From positions 2,232,001 through 2,296,000 of the forward strand of contig CM075998.1 of NCBI GenBank assembly GCA_038087875.1: a stretch of 64,000 nucleotides of DNA, written 5' to 3'. The DNA comes from Malacoraja senta. Its lineage: Eukaryota. Each line of letters starts with the position of its first letter. The stretch's first letter is position 1. The position numbers and the translations under genes were made by a program. The notes under the pieces were generated by a model. The model saw only the letters and a list, made by a program, of their open reading frames with translations, did not search any database and was not told where the DNA came from. Below, piece by piece: positions 28,332 to 42,342 of this stretch.

Positions 28332-29517
28332 AGGAGATTTATTCTGACTGAAATTTCCCCTGTGACGGTTTGCCCGAAATCCCTCGGTAGTTTCGCATGC
28401 CACGATTCCCCTGCTCGGGGGTATTTTTTAAGAGTCACGTTCGCATGCCACCACTAATGTTCTACTTTATGCCAGTGACTCGGTCCCTGACCTTCACCAG
28501 ACTGTGGTCTCACTGGGGAAAGGGAAGTCGGGTTTAGTTCAATCCGCCGCAGAAGGCGGAGACTCGCTGAATGAACAGAGAGAGGGCTGAGGAGCTTCCA
28601 AAAACTACACTCTGATCCTCCAAGTGAATTTCAGCACAATTACTTTCCGGCTGTCTGGAATCCTGCTGGAGTTACCGAGCTCCAGAGTTTAATTTACAAG
28701 TTGTCAAAGCAGCTGTAGGCTGTTTGGACATTCTCTTCATTGCATGAGAGAGACTGGTGTTTGCAAATCGCCTCCTCTGTGTTTGGCACTTACGAGTCAT
28801 TAACCTTTTGCGTGATCAGACGCTATATAAATGCAAATCTCGCAGCACTAAGCCTATTGGAATACTCATGTTTAAAGATCAGTTATTCATTTCTTGTGTC
28901 TTTTAACTCTGTCATCCCCTTTGCCCCCCGCCCAAGAATGTCAATCATTCCCATTATTTTTAATCTGCATTGATCGCTGGAGGCTTGACTGATTTACATG
29001 TTGCTGCCAAAAAGGCGAACAGTCCCTTGTACAATGGATCAGTAGATTCCGATTTGCTTGTTACAGATTGCAGAGATTTGTGGTTTTAACCATTTCTCAC
29101 CGGCCCTGCTCCTTTCTGCTGCATGTATCAACAGCCGCTGCCCCAGTTACACTGCCAGCTCTGTCTCTGGAAATAAAGTAAACCTTTCCACTTGGAATTT
29201 TCCTGCCTGGTAATATATTTTTCTTTCAGTATCCGTGGCTTCTTTTCGGCATTGCAAACTAAATCCCTTCCCCGTGTCCCTTCCATCCTCGCTGCCAGGA
29301 ATAAGTGCATAGGAGTCACGAAGATTGAAACCATTCATTCGTTTGCCTCTGCTCTTACTTGTTGCGGTAAACTTCATCTGCTATCTCTGGACTCGAGTGC
29401 TCCCGTTCCGCAGACATTGTCCCACGCAGTCTTGATACTTCCATTATAAAATGTGTGTTTCAATGCTCGTGTGGCCCCTCGTGTCCTGTATTTGTAACCA
29501 GTACTACATTTGTTTAA

Positions 29518-29627
29518 GGTAGACAAATATGCCGGAGAAACTCAGCGGGTGAGGCAGCATCTATGGAGCGAGGAAATAGGCAACGTTTCGGGTCGAGACC
29601 CTTCTTCAGAAGTAGCTCCTTCTTCTG
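29518..29627 (-). mobile_element. Penelope-derived terminal fragment with hammerhead core, 11-bp TSD
   Basis: CATTTGTTTAA at 29507-29517 and 29628-29638; minus strand CTGAAGAAGGGTCTCGACCCGAAACGTT. Confidence 0.8.
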
Positions 29628-30627
29628 CATTTGTTTAACTTTGGTCTCCCAATGACGGCTCTGCCTCCAGTTGTCTCGCCTTTACTTTCCAGACTTCTCT
29701 CCGTCAAAACCTCTGTTCCGCTCCAACTCTTTTCCTCTTTAGAGTCTGCATGGAAGCAACCACCCAATTACTCCTGGACAGTTACGCTTCTGTGAAGTGT
29801 GCTGGGACATGTCCCTCTGCAAATGTGCTTTGTGGATGGAACTTGTTTCCACTTTAGTCAGTAACAACTGGTCGCAATTGTGAGATTTATGGACTAGTTG
29901 TCTCCCTTCAAACCTGCTCGACCATGTATGTTACATCCTACTCCTCCTGCATCTTACTTATTCACCTGGTAGACAAAAATTGCTGGAGAAACTCAGCGGG
30001 TGAGGCAGCATCCATGGAGCGAAGGAAATAGGCAATGTTTCGGGCCGAAACCCTTCCGCTACTATCCAACAAAACAACGGAGCAATATCACTGAGCATCT
30101 CTTTAACATTACATGGCACTCGGTGTAAGCAAGCAGGAATGTGGGTAGGCTTGCTTTTTGTTCAACTGTTCTGGTGGCACCAAACAAATACTGCAATCTC
30201 CTTTTCCTCCCTCTGCCTCACTTTTTCTCCCCCTCTTTCTTGCTCTTTCTCCCTCTCTTTTAACTTTCAAGAGAGAGTTGGAGTTTTCAACAGAGCGTTA
30301 GATTTAGCTAGACAAAAATGCAGGAGAAATTCAGCGGGTGAGGCAGCATCTATGGAGCGAAGGAAATAGGCAACGTTTCGGGTCGAAACCCTTCTTCAGA
30401 AGTAGTTCCTTCTTCTGCATTTGTTTAACTTTGGTCTCCCAATGACGGCTCTGCCTCCAGTTGTCTCGCCTTTACTTTCCAGACTTGTCTCCGTCAAAAC
30501 CTCTGTTCCGCTCCAACTCTTTTCCTCTTTAGAGTCTGCATGGAACCAACCACCCAATTACTCCTGGACAGTTACGCTTCTGTGAAGTGTGCTGGGACAT
30601 GTCCCTCTGCAAAGGTGCTTTGTGGAT
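29519..30627 (+). repeat. Local ~320-bp duplication (29519-29837 and 30309-30627)
   Basis: Element plus unique flank repeated 790 bp apart with few substitutions. Confidence 0.92.
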
Positions 30628-31407
30628 TCGAAACCCAAGGGTTTCGACCCAAAACGTTGCCTATTTCCTGCGCTCCATAGATGCTGATTTTGGACATCAT
30701 CCATGATCATATTGGCTCAAAGGGCTGAATGGCCTACTCCTGCACCTATTTCCTATGTTTCTACCCCATTCAGCTATTCCATTATTGCGATTCAGTCAAT
30801 ATTTTACACTATTCCAGATTGAAATGCTGTCTTGCACCATTCTGCTGTTTTGCATTTGATGTTGTATTTATTGTCGTCTCTATCTTTACCTGTTTTCTCT
30901 GAATCTCATGCGAGCAAGGAATTTGTTTGCACCCTGGTATATTTAACAAAAAACGAATCTTAATCTGAATCTAAGAAAACCATCCTCCATTTTTTAACCA
31001 TAATTTGACTTGTCCAATTTAAATGTAGATTAAAGACCTCCATGATTAATCTATCACCTCTGTTACATGCACCTCCTAATTTGCTGATTTATTGTCCTGC
31101 CCAATATCACCACTACAATTTGGTGGCTCATAAATAGCGCCTACCAGTATTTTCTGCTTTTGTTTCTGAGCTCCACCCAAACCGAATTCTAATTCTACAT
31201 CATGTCTGCTGAGCCGAGATAATTAATTGACCTTATTGCGAATGCTGCAGACATTTGTAATACAGCACCTTTAAGTTTGCTGCTCTTAATAGTTTCCTGT
31301 ACTTTGACCTCCATTGCTGTTTGCCTTTTGTTTCTGCTCACCTTAGTTATCTACATTTAACTCACTAACTATCTATTATTTTGGTGTGCAAGGCTTGTGA
31401 TGGATTG

Positions 31408-31528
31408 TTAAAGAAGGAACTGCAGATGCTGGAAAATCGAAGGTACGTTTCGGCCCGAAACGTTACCTATTTCCTTCGCTCCATAGATGCTGCTGCACCC
31501 GCTGAGTTTCTCCAGCATTTTTGTGTAC
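31408..31528. mobile_element. Penelope-derived partial fold-back, 14-bp TSD
   Basis: CTTGTGATGGATTG at 31394-31407 and 31529-31542. Confidence 0.85.
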
Positions 31529-32315
31529 CTTGTGATGGATTGCCTGGATTGCACATTTTTCACTGTATCTCAGTGCACGTGACAATAATGAGCCAAGACC
31601 ATGGTTCGCTATAGCCCCCACATTCATCAGTTACCATTTGTATAGTTTACTTTGATTTGTCACAATGAAAAGGGAGAGGTTTTTCTAACAGTTTGATGAA
31701 AGATTTGGACTATTATGGGGCAATTCCTTGAAATATGAGTTTTTAGGATAACACAGAACCAGTGTGAATGGTCGTTGTGGGCTCGATGGGCTGAAGGGCC
31801 TGTTTCCATCCTATATCTCTAAACTAAATGTAAGATTGAATGAGAGGGATTCGCAAATCCAGATGTAACTCCATGTAAAGAGGGCTCTCAGTTTGGGAAT
31901 CTGCACCTGAATGTGTGTGAGCTGAATCATTGCACTAATCTGTTTATCTACATCATTACTGAGAAGGTAAACAAGAGCGAGGAACAGATGTACAGCCAAC
32001 AAAGACAGCCACATAGAGCCGTGAACCGAGCCAAGGCTATCTGGCCTTTCAGCTGCACATAACTTGACTGGGGCATGAGAAACCGATTTGCAAGCCAAGT
32101 GTAGCTAGAATCAAATCCACACCCGTGAGCGCAAATTGCATGAGAAGTTAAAATAGAGGAATTAATGCAGGTGAACATTGATAGTGGCATTACAGAGGCT
32201 TTAGATGGACACATGGATAGGCAGGAAATGGAAGGATATGGATCAAGTGCAGGCAGAGGAGATTAGCATAATTTGACATCAGGTTTGGCACGGACATGGT
32301 AAGCTGAAGGGCCTG

Positions 32316-32482
32316 TTCAATAGACAATAGGTGCGGGAGTAGGCCATTCGGCCCTTCGAGCCAGCACCGCCATTCAATGTGATCATGGCTGATCATCCCC
32401 AATCAGTACCCCGTTCCTGCCTTCTCCCCATATCCCCTGACTCCGCTATCTTTAAGAGCCCTATCTAGCTCTCTCTTGAAAG
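32316..32482 (-). mobile_element. Young CR1 3'-end fragment. Older CR1 fragments at ~12288-12385, 13693-13842, 32140-32315, 38935-39170, 46357-46750, 60740-61030
   Basis: GTAGGCCATTCGGCCC...GATCATGGCTGATC CR1 3' signature; ORF 38857 contains FFTHRFVHSWNEMPEEAVEAGTITTFK. Confidence 0.75.
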
Positions 32483-34710
32483 TTCCTGTGCTGTACTGTT
32501 CTATAACCCTGTTATTTACATTCTGCTCTGAGGCTTGGTAGATGACAATTTGCTCCCGCGCTGACCACAGTCAGAGATCATTTCTCTCAACACCTACGTT
32601 GCTAATTTCCTTCACCACAGGATCTTCCCTACATATCTCTTTTAGATTGACTGGAGTCACTTGTGACCCGAGGCACCAAACAGTGCTCCCTTTTGCACTT
32701 CCACCATCTTCTCTGTGTGGCTCTGCTGAGGGAAGTGGTCACACTTCCAAGGGTTTCCACTCCGAAGCTTGAGTGGCTGACTGGCAATTTTGACCGAATT
32801 TCGGCCCTGCCCCTTGTACACGCACAGAATAGCTTTCGGAAGAAAGAGGCAGTGGCTGATTTCTCCCAGATCCTGTCCTGAAGGCTGGGGAGAAATTGAC
32901 CTTTATTCACTTCAATTCTGAAGAATGAGAGGCGAGCTTAGTCTTGGGATAAGGGGGCAATCATTTAGGATTAAAATGGGGGGAAATTCCTTTCAGTGAA
33001 GCTAGTAGTTCAGTTCAGTTTCATTTATTGTCGCGTGTACTGAAGTACAGTGAAAAGCTCCTTGTTGCGTGCTATCCAGTCAGCAGAAAGACAACACGCA
33101 TGATTATTGTGTATTTGTGTGAGGTGTGAATCTTTGGAATTCTCTCCCAGACTCTGGCTGTGGAGACTCAGTCTTTCAACGTTATCCATGACTGCTGCAA
33201 TAGATTTTTGATGTTGTGAATTGGAGGACAAAGGAGATGGGCAGGAAAGGGGGCTCGACGCCTTTGATCTGAGAGTCATGCAGCCAGGAAACAGGCCCAT
33301 CCTGTCCATTAAGTACCCATCCAGTCTAAAGAAGAGTCCCAAACCAAAACGTCACCCATTCTTTTACATCCTTGGTATAAACCAGCATCTGCAGTTCCCT
33401 GTTTCTATGTACACATCTACACTTGTTCCTTAGCCTTCTATGACTTGGTGATTCAAGTGCTTATCCAGATGCATCTTAAACATATTGAGACTGCCTCCAC
33501 CACCCCCTCAGGCAATGTGTTCCAGATTCCAACATCTGCATGATCCTCTCTAAACCTCTAACTCCTCACCTTAAACCTAGGCCCTCTGGTTGTAGATGCC
33601 TCTACCATGGGATGGCAGAGCAGGGGCAAGGGGCCACACTGCTTCCTCCACCTGTTTCCGACACAATGGTGCCCCAACTTCCACAGTGCAAATTTGGGAT
33701 CCTAGGCATCACAGAGCTCCCATCTCTCCCCCCCCCCCTCCCACTCCCACCCACTCATTTGACTAGTCCTTATGCCTGATCCTGGTGGGTAGAAGGATTT
33801 GTGACTGGTGGAGGGGTGTTGGGGAAAAATCACAACTCAAGCTCATTATCTAATTTTTGAACATGCATGCATATTCCACCATGGTTACTGATAGCATTCA
33901 ATAAGGGAATCTGAGGCTAGCTTAGTTCTTTCCCTTTCTCCTCCTTACTCCAAGTATTCAAAGATGAGGTGTTGTCTTTGTGCTGTCCTGTGAATCAGCA
34001 AATACAGAAATGGAGGGGGTGGGGGGTGAAAGGCAGCCTCAATCTCCAGCCACATGCTCCTTTGGACAATGCATTTCACCCCCTGGGCCATTTGGAGGCC
34101 AACTTGCTTAATAGTGCCAAGAATTGATGCTTCTTGAGTCATTTTCTTCTTGGCAAATGGATCCAACCCATATTTGACCTGGGATTCTGCCCGTTGGCTG
34201 CAAGAAGGCCATTCTGGTTTATCTGTGGTTGCGAATGTCTGAAGGTAACATTGATGCCATTGACTGAATTTTATCTGTGGTAACTGTAGCACGATCTCAC
34301 TCTGCTATTTGGACTGGGTCAGGATCCAGAGCTAAGAATGTGAGAAAATATCTTTTGGTTAAATGAGATCAAAACAATTGTACAGTGCTTGTTTAAGACT
34401 TTAGTTTTAATCCCATTATGTTGATCGTCTTTTGTGTTTTTGAACAGAAAAATCAAAGTTTGTTCCAGCCAAATGCCCTAGTAGGTTTGGGAGGGGGTGG
34501 CACGAGGCGGGTCCTTCTGTGAGTGGTGTGCCAGACCTTGCAACTGTGAGAATGCCACGGCTGCAATTGGTGCATCCATAGTTGGGATAGTCAACATGGA
34601 AACAGGCCATTCGGCTCATTATGTTACTGTCAGCAGACAAGCATCTATTTACAGTAACCCAATGATTTAATATTAGTTTATTGCACTAATGCCATTTAGA
34701 AAAAAAAAAT

Positions 34711-34965
34711 AGTTTAGAGATACTGCGCGAAAACGGACCTTTCGGCCCACTGAGTCCTCGTCGACCAGTGTTCCCAGTGCACTAATACTACCCTACACAC
34801 TAGGGACAATTTAAAATGTTACCGTAGCCAATTAACCTACAAACCTGTACGTCTTGGGAATGTGGAAAGGAATCCGGAGCACGCGGGGGAAACCCACGTG
34901 GTCACAGGGAGAACGTGCAAACTCCGCACAGACAGCGCAAGAGTTCAGAATTGAACCCAGGTCTC
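34711..34965 (-). mobile_element. V-SINE (HE1-like). Other copies at ~1-140, 23044-23245, 53395-53615, 56110-56325 (+) and 59680-59810 (-)
   Basis: Shared central domain and tail. Confidence 0.8.
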
Positions 34966-35543
34966 AAATGTTTCAAATCTGACCTGCCAATGCAGCACAT
35001 GTCCTAGTGGCACATTGGTTTTTGGTCACTGCTGCTGATATCAGTTTCTTTTAAATTTCAGATTTATTTTATGAACTGAACTTAAATTATCGAGCTACTG
35101 GGGTGGGAATCAAATTTGTACTTCTAGTTCAGTGGTCGCGTAACTCGGCCAGAATTCCACCATGTGCTAAGTCAGAATCCATGTGGCTTAAGGGAAGCTG
35201 AAGATGTTTCTGAATGCGTTGCTGCTGCTGCTGGAGCAGACGTCAGGATTCAGGAGATGCTGTGGGATTAACCTCACTGAGGGGCTTCTTGTAGGTGGCG
35301 CACACCACAGTCCCAGGGCTGGATGTGGACTCCAGCACTTGGAGCACCGAACTAGCAGGTGCTCTGTGCTGGATGTTTGGACCTAATTCAGGGTTGCTCC
35401 AACATTCCTGACTTGACCCCATTGATAGTGGAGTGGCCTTGGGACAAGTGCCCAGTCATTTGCCTACTCTTGAATCCTTTGACACTGTATCAGGAGATGT
35501 GTTGCGATGGGTCCCTCTGGGCCCTTTCCAATACTGAGAAGTA

Positions 35544-35813
35544 GGCGGCACGGTGGTGCAGCGGTAGAGTTGCTGCCTTACAGTGCCAGAGACCTGGGCT
35601 TGATCCTGACTATGGATGCTGTCTGCACAGAGTTTGTACCTTCTCCCCGTGACCTGCGTGGGTTTTCTCCGGGTGCTCTGGTTTCCTCCCACATCCCAAA
35701 GACATAGTGTTTTGTAGGTTAATTGGCTTCTGTAAATTGTCCCCAGTGTGTAGGAGTGCTGGTGCACAGGTGACCGTTGGTCGGCATGAACTCGGTGGGC
35801 TGAAGGGCCTGTT
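35544..35813 (+). mobile_element. tRNA-derived V-SINE (HE1-like), near full length
   Basis: tRNA-like head GGCGGCACGGTGGTGCAGCGGTAGAG...GATCCTG, central GGTTTCCTCCCACATCCCAAAGAC, CR1-like tail GGGCTGAAGGGCCTGT. Confidence 0.85.
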
Positions 35814-38800
35814 TAAATTAAACTAAATCAGAAGGGGAGAGAAACAAAAAGTGCTGGAGTAACTCAGTGGGTCAGGCAGCATCTCTGGAGAAAAGGGATG
35901 AGTGACGTTTCGGGTCGGGACCATTCTTCAGACTTAAGTGGGATTGATCTGCAGTCTATTTTTGTCCAGCATGGCCAACGATGGGCTGAATGGTCTTGTT
36001 TTGTATTTTTAATTCCAATAATTGATTTGTATAGGGGAGTCTGTTAATGAAAGCACGAGCATCATTCCTCGTTTACTCAGGGTGCTTTGGCACTAGTCTT
36101 GGTGCTTTTCTACCACGTGAATGAAATTCTAAAAGCTGCTTTGATGCCCCATGAATGAATAAGCATGAGCTTGAAAACACAAACCTTGCACAGACAAAAG
36201 CACCTGCGATTATTTTCCCATTTTCTACTTGTTCTTTTAAGTGGAACAGCGCTAATTTGTTTTGGCTGTAACTTGGACTTCTTGCAGCTGTACAGTGCCA
36301 GTGAGAATGAAACAATCTCGTTGGAAGAGCAAGTCTGACTTGCTTTTCCCAAAAAAAAAATATCCAGTTTCTCAGCAAAGGTGCTGAGACCCACAAAGAT
36401 ACACGACTCTGTCCCGTGTGTCCAGCGAGCAGCCGGGTATTCAACACAACCCCCCAAGCAAGCAGATTCTGCTTGGCAGCCGAGCCCATTCCCAGCCTCC
36501 AAGAGCAGACGCCATTTGGATCTCCCAAACCCACTGTCCCGAGTCCGATGTTCAGCTCGATGCAAGTTGAGTTACTCGAATTTGGTGCCGAGAATCTGAT
36601 ACTGTCTTTCGTTAAACCGAGGCCACGTCCGCTCTCTTGGCTGGACGCACTATTTTAAGAGGGAAAGCCTTCTGATAGTCTGAGTAATGTTTAGCCCTGA
36701 ACCATCAAAGTCCGATCCGGTCATTGTTGCATTGGCGATTGAGGGAGCTTGCTGGGCAGGTTAATTCGCTTTAAAAGTATTCCATTGGCTATGAAGTACT
36801 TGGGGGTTTCTTGGAAGGGACGCAAAAGGCGCTATGCAAATGCAGGTCTTTATTTTCACGAACCAGGGCCAAGGAAAAGGGGCGATTGCAAACGCGTGAC
36901 GTGGCTTCCCTGACCACGCTTTAATCTGATGCTCCTTCATCATTCTATCCCTATCATTTAATCTTTATCCAAATGCGAAGCGTCCCGGTGTTCGGCACAG
37001 TAACTGGCGTAAACATGCTGTCTAATTTTACCGAAGGACATCGACAAATGTTGCCGTGGTGAAATATGTGAAAAAAGCACAGAGGCTGTTTGTTGCCATA
37101 CACTTGTTTTTGCATCGCTGGTTAAAATGTTTATGTTTATAGACCATGAAGCGCTGACACGTTTACCCACCAAGAATTTTTGGAAAGCCTGAGGCACAGA
37201 TAACGTTAAAGTGAATTCGTGCTATTTAACTTGGACTGTGAGCACTGGAGTTGAGAATGCAGTTCCAACATTAACATGCCTTAAATTAAACCAGAGATTG
37301 GTGAGATTCTTTCCCCTTCACAGTCCTGCAGCAGACGCCTGCTAAAAGCAATTCAATGTTGTGTCTGGTAGCTCCTGCGGGGGCAAAAAAAAAAAAGCAG
37401 GATAAATATCCTGCGTATGACAGGGAATCATATTATATGGAATTTCCCTCCCTCTTTCCACTGTGAAGAAGAATTTTCTTGGGAATATTGGGTCCCAATA
37501 GTAATCCTTTCAAAACCATCACTGTAAGTGGAAGGTGAGGAAATTCTCTGATGTTTGGGGGATCTTGTGCATAAATTGGAGACATGATTTGATTGGGGTC
37601 AACACTTAAAAATACGATTTTGCCTGTCAGGTGCTCTGGGACATCACAAAGGCAATGCCAGTGAGCCTCTCCTTCTAGTCCAGGGTCCAGAATGCCAATT
37701 GCAACAGCCCTGAGTTGAAACATCCTGGTACAGTACAGAAAATGAAGCTGGGTCTTCCCAATCTGTCCAACACGCCTCTGTCTGTTTACTCTGTGCCAAA
37801 CAGTACGATTGCCGTGCAGCAAACTGATGGTGTACTTCCTTCTCCTTCTCCTGCCCTGGTGAGATGAGCGGGCCAGACCTCAAAGAGTTAAAGTACCTGC
37901 AGAACTGGATTGAAATATTTGTGCCCAGGGTGTGTCTGTGTGAATCAGTTGGAGACCAATCTGACTGGGCGTTGCTCTTTTACACAAGGTGCTATTTTAC
38001 AGATTTTTCAAGCGCCTCTAATAAACCCCAGTTTCGCCGCTCTCATTAATGGGAGCTGAGCTAGGCTTCTGACATGCCGGAGAGACTTAGCAGAGTTGAC
38101 TGTGATGTCCTGTAAATGGCATTAATTTAGAAACCCAGCAGGCACTTAAACTTCACAAGAGCGTGATCGTGATGAACAGGCATGTGATTGTCAAGCTCTT
38201 GATAGAAACGTTTGTTTTAATATCAACCAAAATGATTTAGGGGCGGAGGTTTCATTTATTAAGTAATCAGATCCTGGAAATCTGACATTGGAAATCAGAA
38301 TATGTTGGAAATGCTCAGCAGGTCAGGCAGCATCTGTGGAAAGAGAAACCATTCATTCGGACTGGACTGAAAGTTAACTCTTTCTCTTTCCACGGACGCT
38401 GCCTGATCTGCTGATTGCTTCAAGCGTGTTCTGTTTTTATTCCTGCCAAATATTTATTAGTCATAAAACAAATCATCAGGTTATAATCACATTTGTGTTT
38501 GTGGGATCTTGTGGTGTGTCATGTTTCCCTCCAACATTACAAGGGTGACTACACTTCACTGGGTGTAATGGGGTTTGGGATATTCAGAAAAGGAAGTCAA
38601 AGGTTCTGTAGCAATGCAATTCCCTGATGATCTATCCAGAAATATATCAGAAGTTACTGTGATGAGGAGTTGCCAGGACCAGTTGCTTTTGCAAGGCGTA
38701 CAGTTAGGGGTCCCCAATTGGCTTCAGCCAATGTACCAAAGGCCTTGAAGTGTGTTCAAATTGGCCAGGGTTTCTGCTCCACACTGGAAATTGAGTGACT

Positions 38801-41800
38801 AATAGGTGAAGGCAGGTTTAGGCTAGCCGATAACAAATAGGTGCTGGAGGAACTCAATGGGTCAGGCAGCATCCGTGGAAAGAATGGACAGACAACGTTT
38901 TGAGTGGATCCAAAACATTCCCTGTCCATTTAATATGAACCTGAGGGACTACTTTTTCACACACAGGTTTGTGCACTCATGGAATGAAATGCCAGAGGAG
39001 GCAGTTGAGGCAGGTACTATAACAACATTTAAAATACATGTGGACAGGTACATGGATAGGAAAGGTTTAGAGGGATATGGGCCAAACACGGGCAAATGGG
39101 ACCAGTGTAATTGGCAAGGGCAAATTGGGCCAAAGGGCCTGTTTCCATGCTGTATGAGGCTATGACTCTATTAGGTTAGACTCTGATGCTCTCCAGCATT
39201 GCACAGCACGTGGACCTAGAGGGGGCAGCTGTGAAAGACAGCTGTGCCCACTGAGCTGTCCTGTGCCTTCTTGGGTGGGGCGGTGTGATTAAACATTCTA
39301 TATTTAAATGGAAACTTGCTGGATGCTCCCAAACTTTTTGTGGAATGAATGACCTTCAAAGAACCATAACTTTTAACGTTAATGGCTCTTTGATCTGTGG
39401 CTGCTATGGTAACTTGCTCCCGAGGTAAACATGCTTTGAACAGCCTGTTTTGTACTCCGAGTTCCTGGTCGAGGACTTTGTCTGTCTCTATTGCCGATAA
39501 CACACTCCGAACTGCAAGCGGCATAGAGATAACTATTCTTCCCATTTGATGAGCTTAATTTTTATGATGTTTACAAATGCAAGAATTAGAACATAGGAAC
39601 AGGAGGTGGCCACTTGCCTCCTCGAAACTGGTCATAATTCAAAGAGATCATAGCTGGTCTCTATGTTTTCCACATATCCCGAACTTTCTTTGGTTAACAA
39701 TAATTTACCAATCTCAGATTTAAAATTAGAAAATCTGCCAGAGGAACTCAGCTGGACAGAAATGGACAGATGATGTTTCACGTTGAGACCTTTCCTCTGA
39801 ACTCCCAATTGTTTTTTTCGCTCTAGATTCCAGCAACTGCAGCCTCTTGTGTGTCTCTTAAAATGAGCAAAACAGATTACAGGTTTGGACCCTCGCTGCA
39901 GCTGAAAACTCTAGGCTAACTCTTCAAACAATATTAAGACAGGTGTATTTTTTTTACTCTCAAAAGATGAGATGTTAAAATGTGTCCTTGTTCACTGACC
40001 TGGGCAGGTGTACAGGATCTGTGGATGCCATTCAAAGTCTTTTTCCAATGTCGTCGCCAACAGCCACCTGTTACTATGAAGCATTCTGGCACGTCCTGTA
40101 TGGGATAAGAATAAAAAGTAGTTTCTTTATCAAGCATTCCCTCGAATAATGTAGAAACATTTATCTTTAATTTACTAATGTTTCTCTGCGTTCGTGTAAT
40201 CAATTGCCTTCATGTCCTTTCGTACATGAAATATTATAATACCTGAAAATTACAGTAGAAGTGAAAAGTGCTTATTCAATATATTTCCAACTATGGACCT
40301 CAGTGAGTCTTTTTAGCCTGAATAATTCCTGCCAGCCAAATTCGGTGCTGTCTAATCCCATTGCCTGACCTGTAATTCCTCCACACAAGTGTCTCCATTG
40401 GAATGTGTGCTTGCTGATTGACACTGATGGCTATAAAAGAATGATGCCGTCATTCTGCACAAATGGGGAGCTGCGTCCGTTTTCCATCAGTGGTCGGGTG
40501 CAGCTATATGAGTGCGTCTATTTCTGTGTGGAATGGAATGCAAAGCCAAGCGTTCTGTTGAAGGGACAAGTCTCTTTATGCTGGCAGGCACAGAGCGTGC
40601 TTTCAGATTTCAGTCCTCCCCCAGGACTCTCTTTCTGTTCATTATTCCCTATCCCAGATACTCTTTCCTGCCATTAACATTGCTGTACAATTCCGGGTTT
40701 GTTGGTCTTCTAATAATTTGCCCAAAGAGTTCATTGAACCCTTGTTCAAGGGTGAGGCTGGGCAGCACGTACCCCTAGGGTGGCACGCACACAGCTTGAT
40801 CCTGTACTTGCCTGAATGGCAATCGTGCTAAAGTTTAACATTACAGTTAACTTCAGCACGAGTGCCATTCAGCCCCTCAGCCATACTCCACTGACGGATT
40901 CTGTACCTCGCTTTCACACTGATCCTTATATTGCCCCATATTCCATTGCCCCAACTTTCATCGGCTAATACCACAGGCTGGAATCCAAGCCTGGAGTTTT
41001 GTGTCGGGAGTGATGTTGTGCAAATGCTTTTTTTTTTAATGCCTGGGATCTAGATTTGGGATGAAAGACTTCTCTCCAGAAGAGAGGGTTGACATATGAA
41101 GAAAAGCTGAGCAGGTTGAGCCTGTATTTAACTTCAGATCATTACCACAGGCTGGGTTGGATGGACAAGGTGGCTTTAAGGGGGGTGAGTCTTAAATGTG
41201 GAGAAGATGGGTCAAAAGGGAGAAAGGTTCAGGAAGGGAATTCCACAGCCCAGGCAGATGAAAGCACGACTGCCAGAGCCGGATGAAAATCCAAAAAATT
41301 GCAGATGCTGGAAATCTGAAATAAAAACAAAAGAAATTCTAGAAACATCTAGCAGGTCAGGTTTTGTGGAATAAGAAACAGTTAACATATCAGGAGTGGA
41401 ACTCATCAGAATGAATCAATGGTGGAATTATTAAACTTTGATGTTGCAACTACATTACTGGATTAATAACGCAGAAGCCTGGAGAACTATATGACGGTAT
41501 TGTATAGTTGTTTAATTACACTCTACTAAATCTGGCCTCTGGACTTTGCCCGGCTTCAATCATTCCAACATTGGCAACTGCCCAGGCCCCAAACTTTGGG
41601 CTTCCCTCCCTAAATCCCTCTGCCTCTCCCCGTCTTTTAGGGACACTCCTTTAAACTTATCTCACCAGGTGAACTTTTGGTTATTTGGCCTAATGCCTCC
41701 CTATGCAGTTCTGTATTGATTTTGTTCTTGTCTGGTAACTCTCCTGAGAAGTGCCTTGAGATGTTTTGTTGAAGTCGTTAGATTGTAAAAGTTGTTATCT

Positions 41801-42342
41801 CGGCAGTGAAACCTGCAAGAATTAGTTGAGGAAAATAATTTTTATTGCACAGTTCCAAACAACACTCTACTTTTATGCTTTATAATGTGATACCGTGTTT
41901 TATTATCTTAATAGTTAAACAGTAAACTTCAGGAGAGTTTTGTTTTGTTTCTGGCAACTTGCCTTGAGATAAATATTTGATGTGTTCACTTGGATTGTTA
42001 GCATCCACCTGTCGTGTGAGCTGTGCAATGGAGGGATAAGGCTCTAGGTTCATACTAGAAAAGAGCCTGGTTACAGTGCAAACATCCTGCCATGCCATTA
42101 TGTTTGTTTCTCATGTTGCAAACTCATCCCAATTCAAACCTTGCCGCTGACTCTGACCATACTTATTATGGTAAACGTAAAAAAAGTCTGTTGACTAAAT
42201 AGCCTCCAATTCTGTGGTAAATGATGGACGTTGTGGTAGGTTTGTTGTCTTGGGATTTTAAGAAGCTTTACAAAAAGCTTTAAAAAAAGACAATAGGACT
42301 ACTCGGTATCATGTGAAGCCACGTGGGACGTGTAGCATCCCT

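Noticed and set aside
28050-28457. ORFs on both strands sharing LEKLSGCSSIYG(A/T)KEIGNVS; related peptides at 25382, 31381 and 13797
   Set aside because: Translation artefacts of the palindromic Penelope-derived repeat, not a gene family
25356-31542. Repeated palindromic units separated by unique DNA, superficially CRISPR- or REP-like
   Set aside because: Vertebrate DNA, irregular spacing, TSDs and a Penelope link; no cas genes
35544-35615. tRNA-like sequence (also ~57150-57223)
   Set aside because: Head of a tRNA-derived SINE, continuous with the SINE body; no intact cloverleaf
36073-36658. 150-aa ORFs on both strands (also 48772-49248 and 59003-59431)
   Set aside because: No recognisable domain, splice context or coding-like composition; lengths expected by chance
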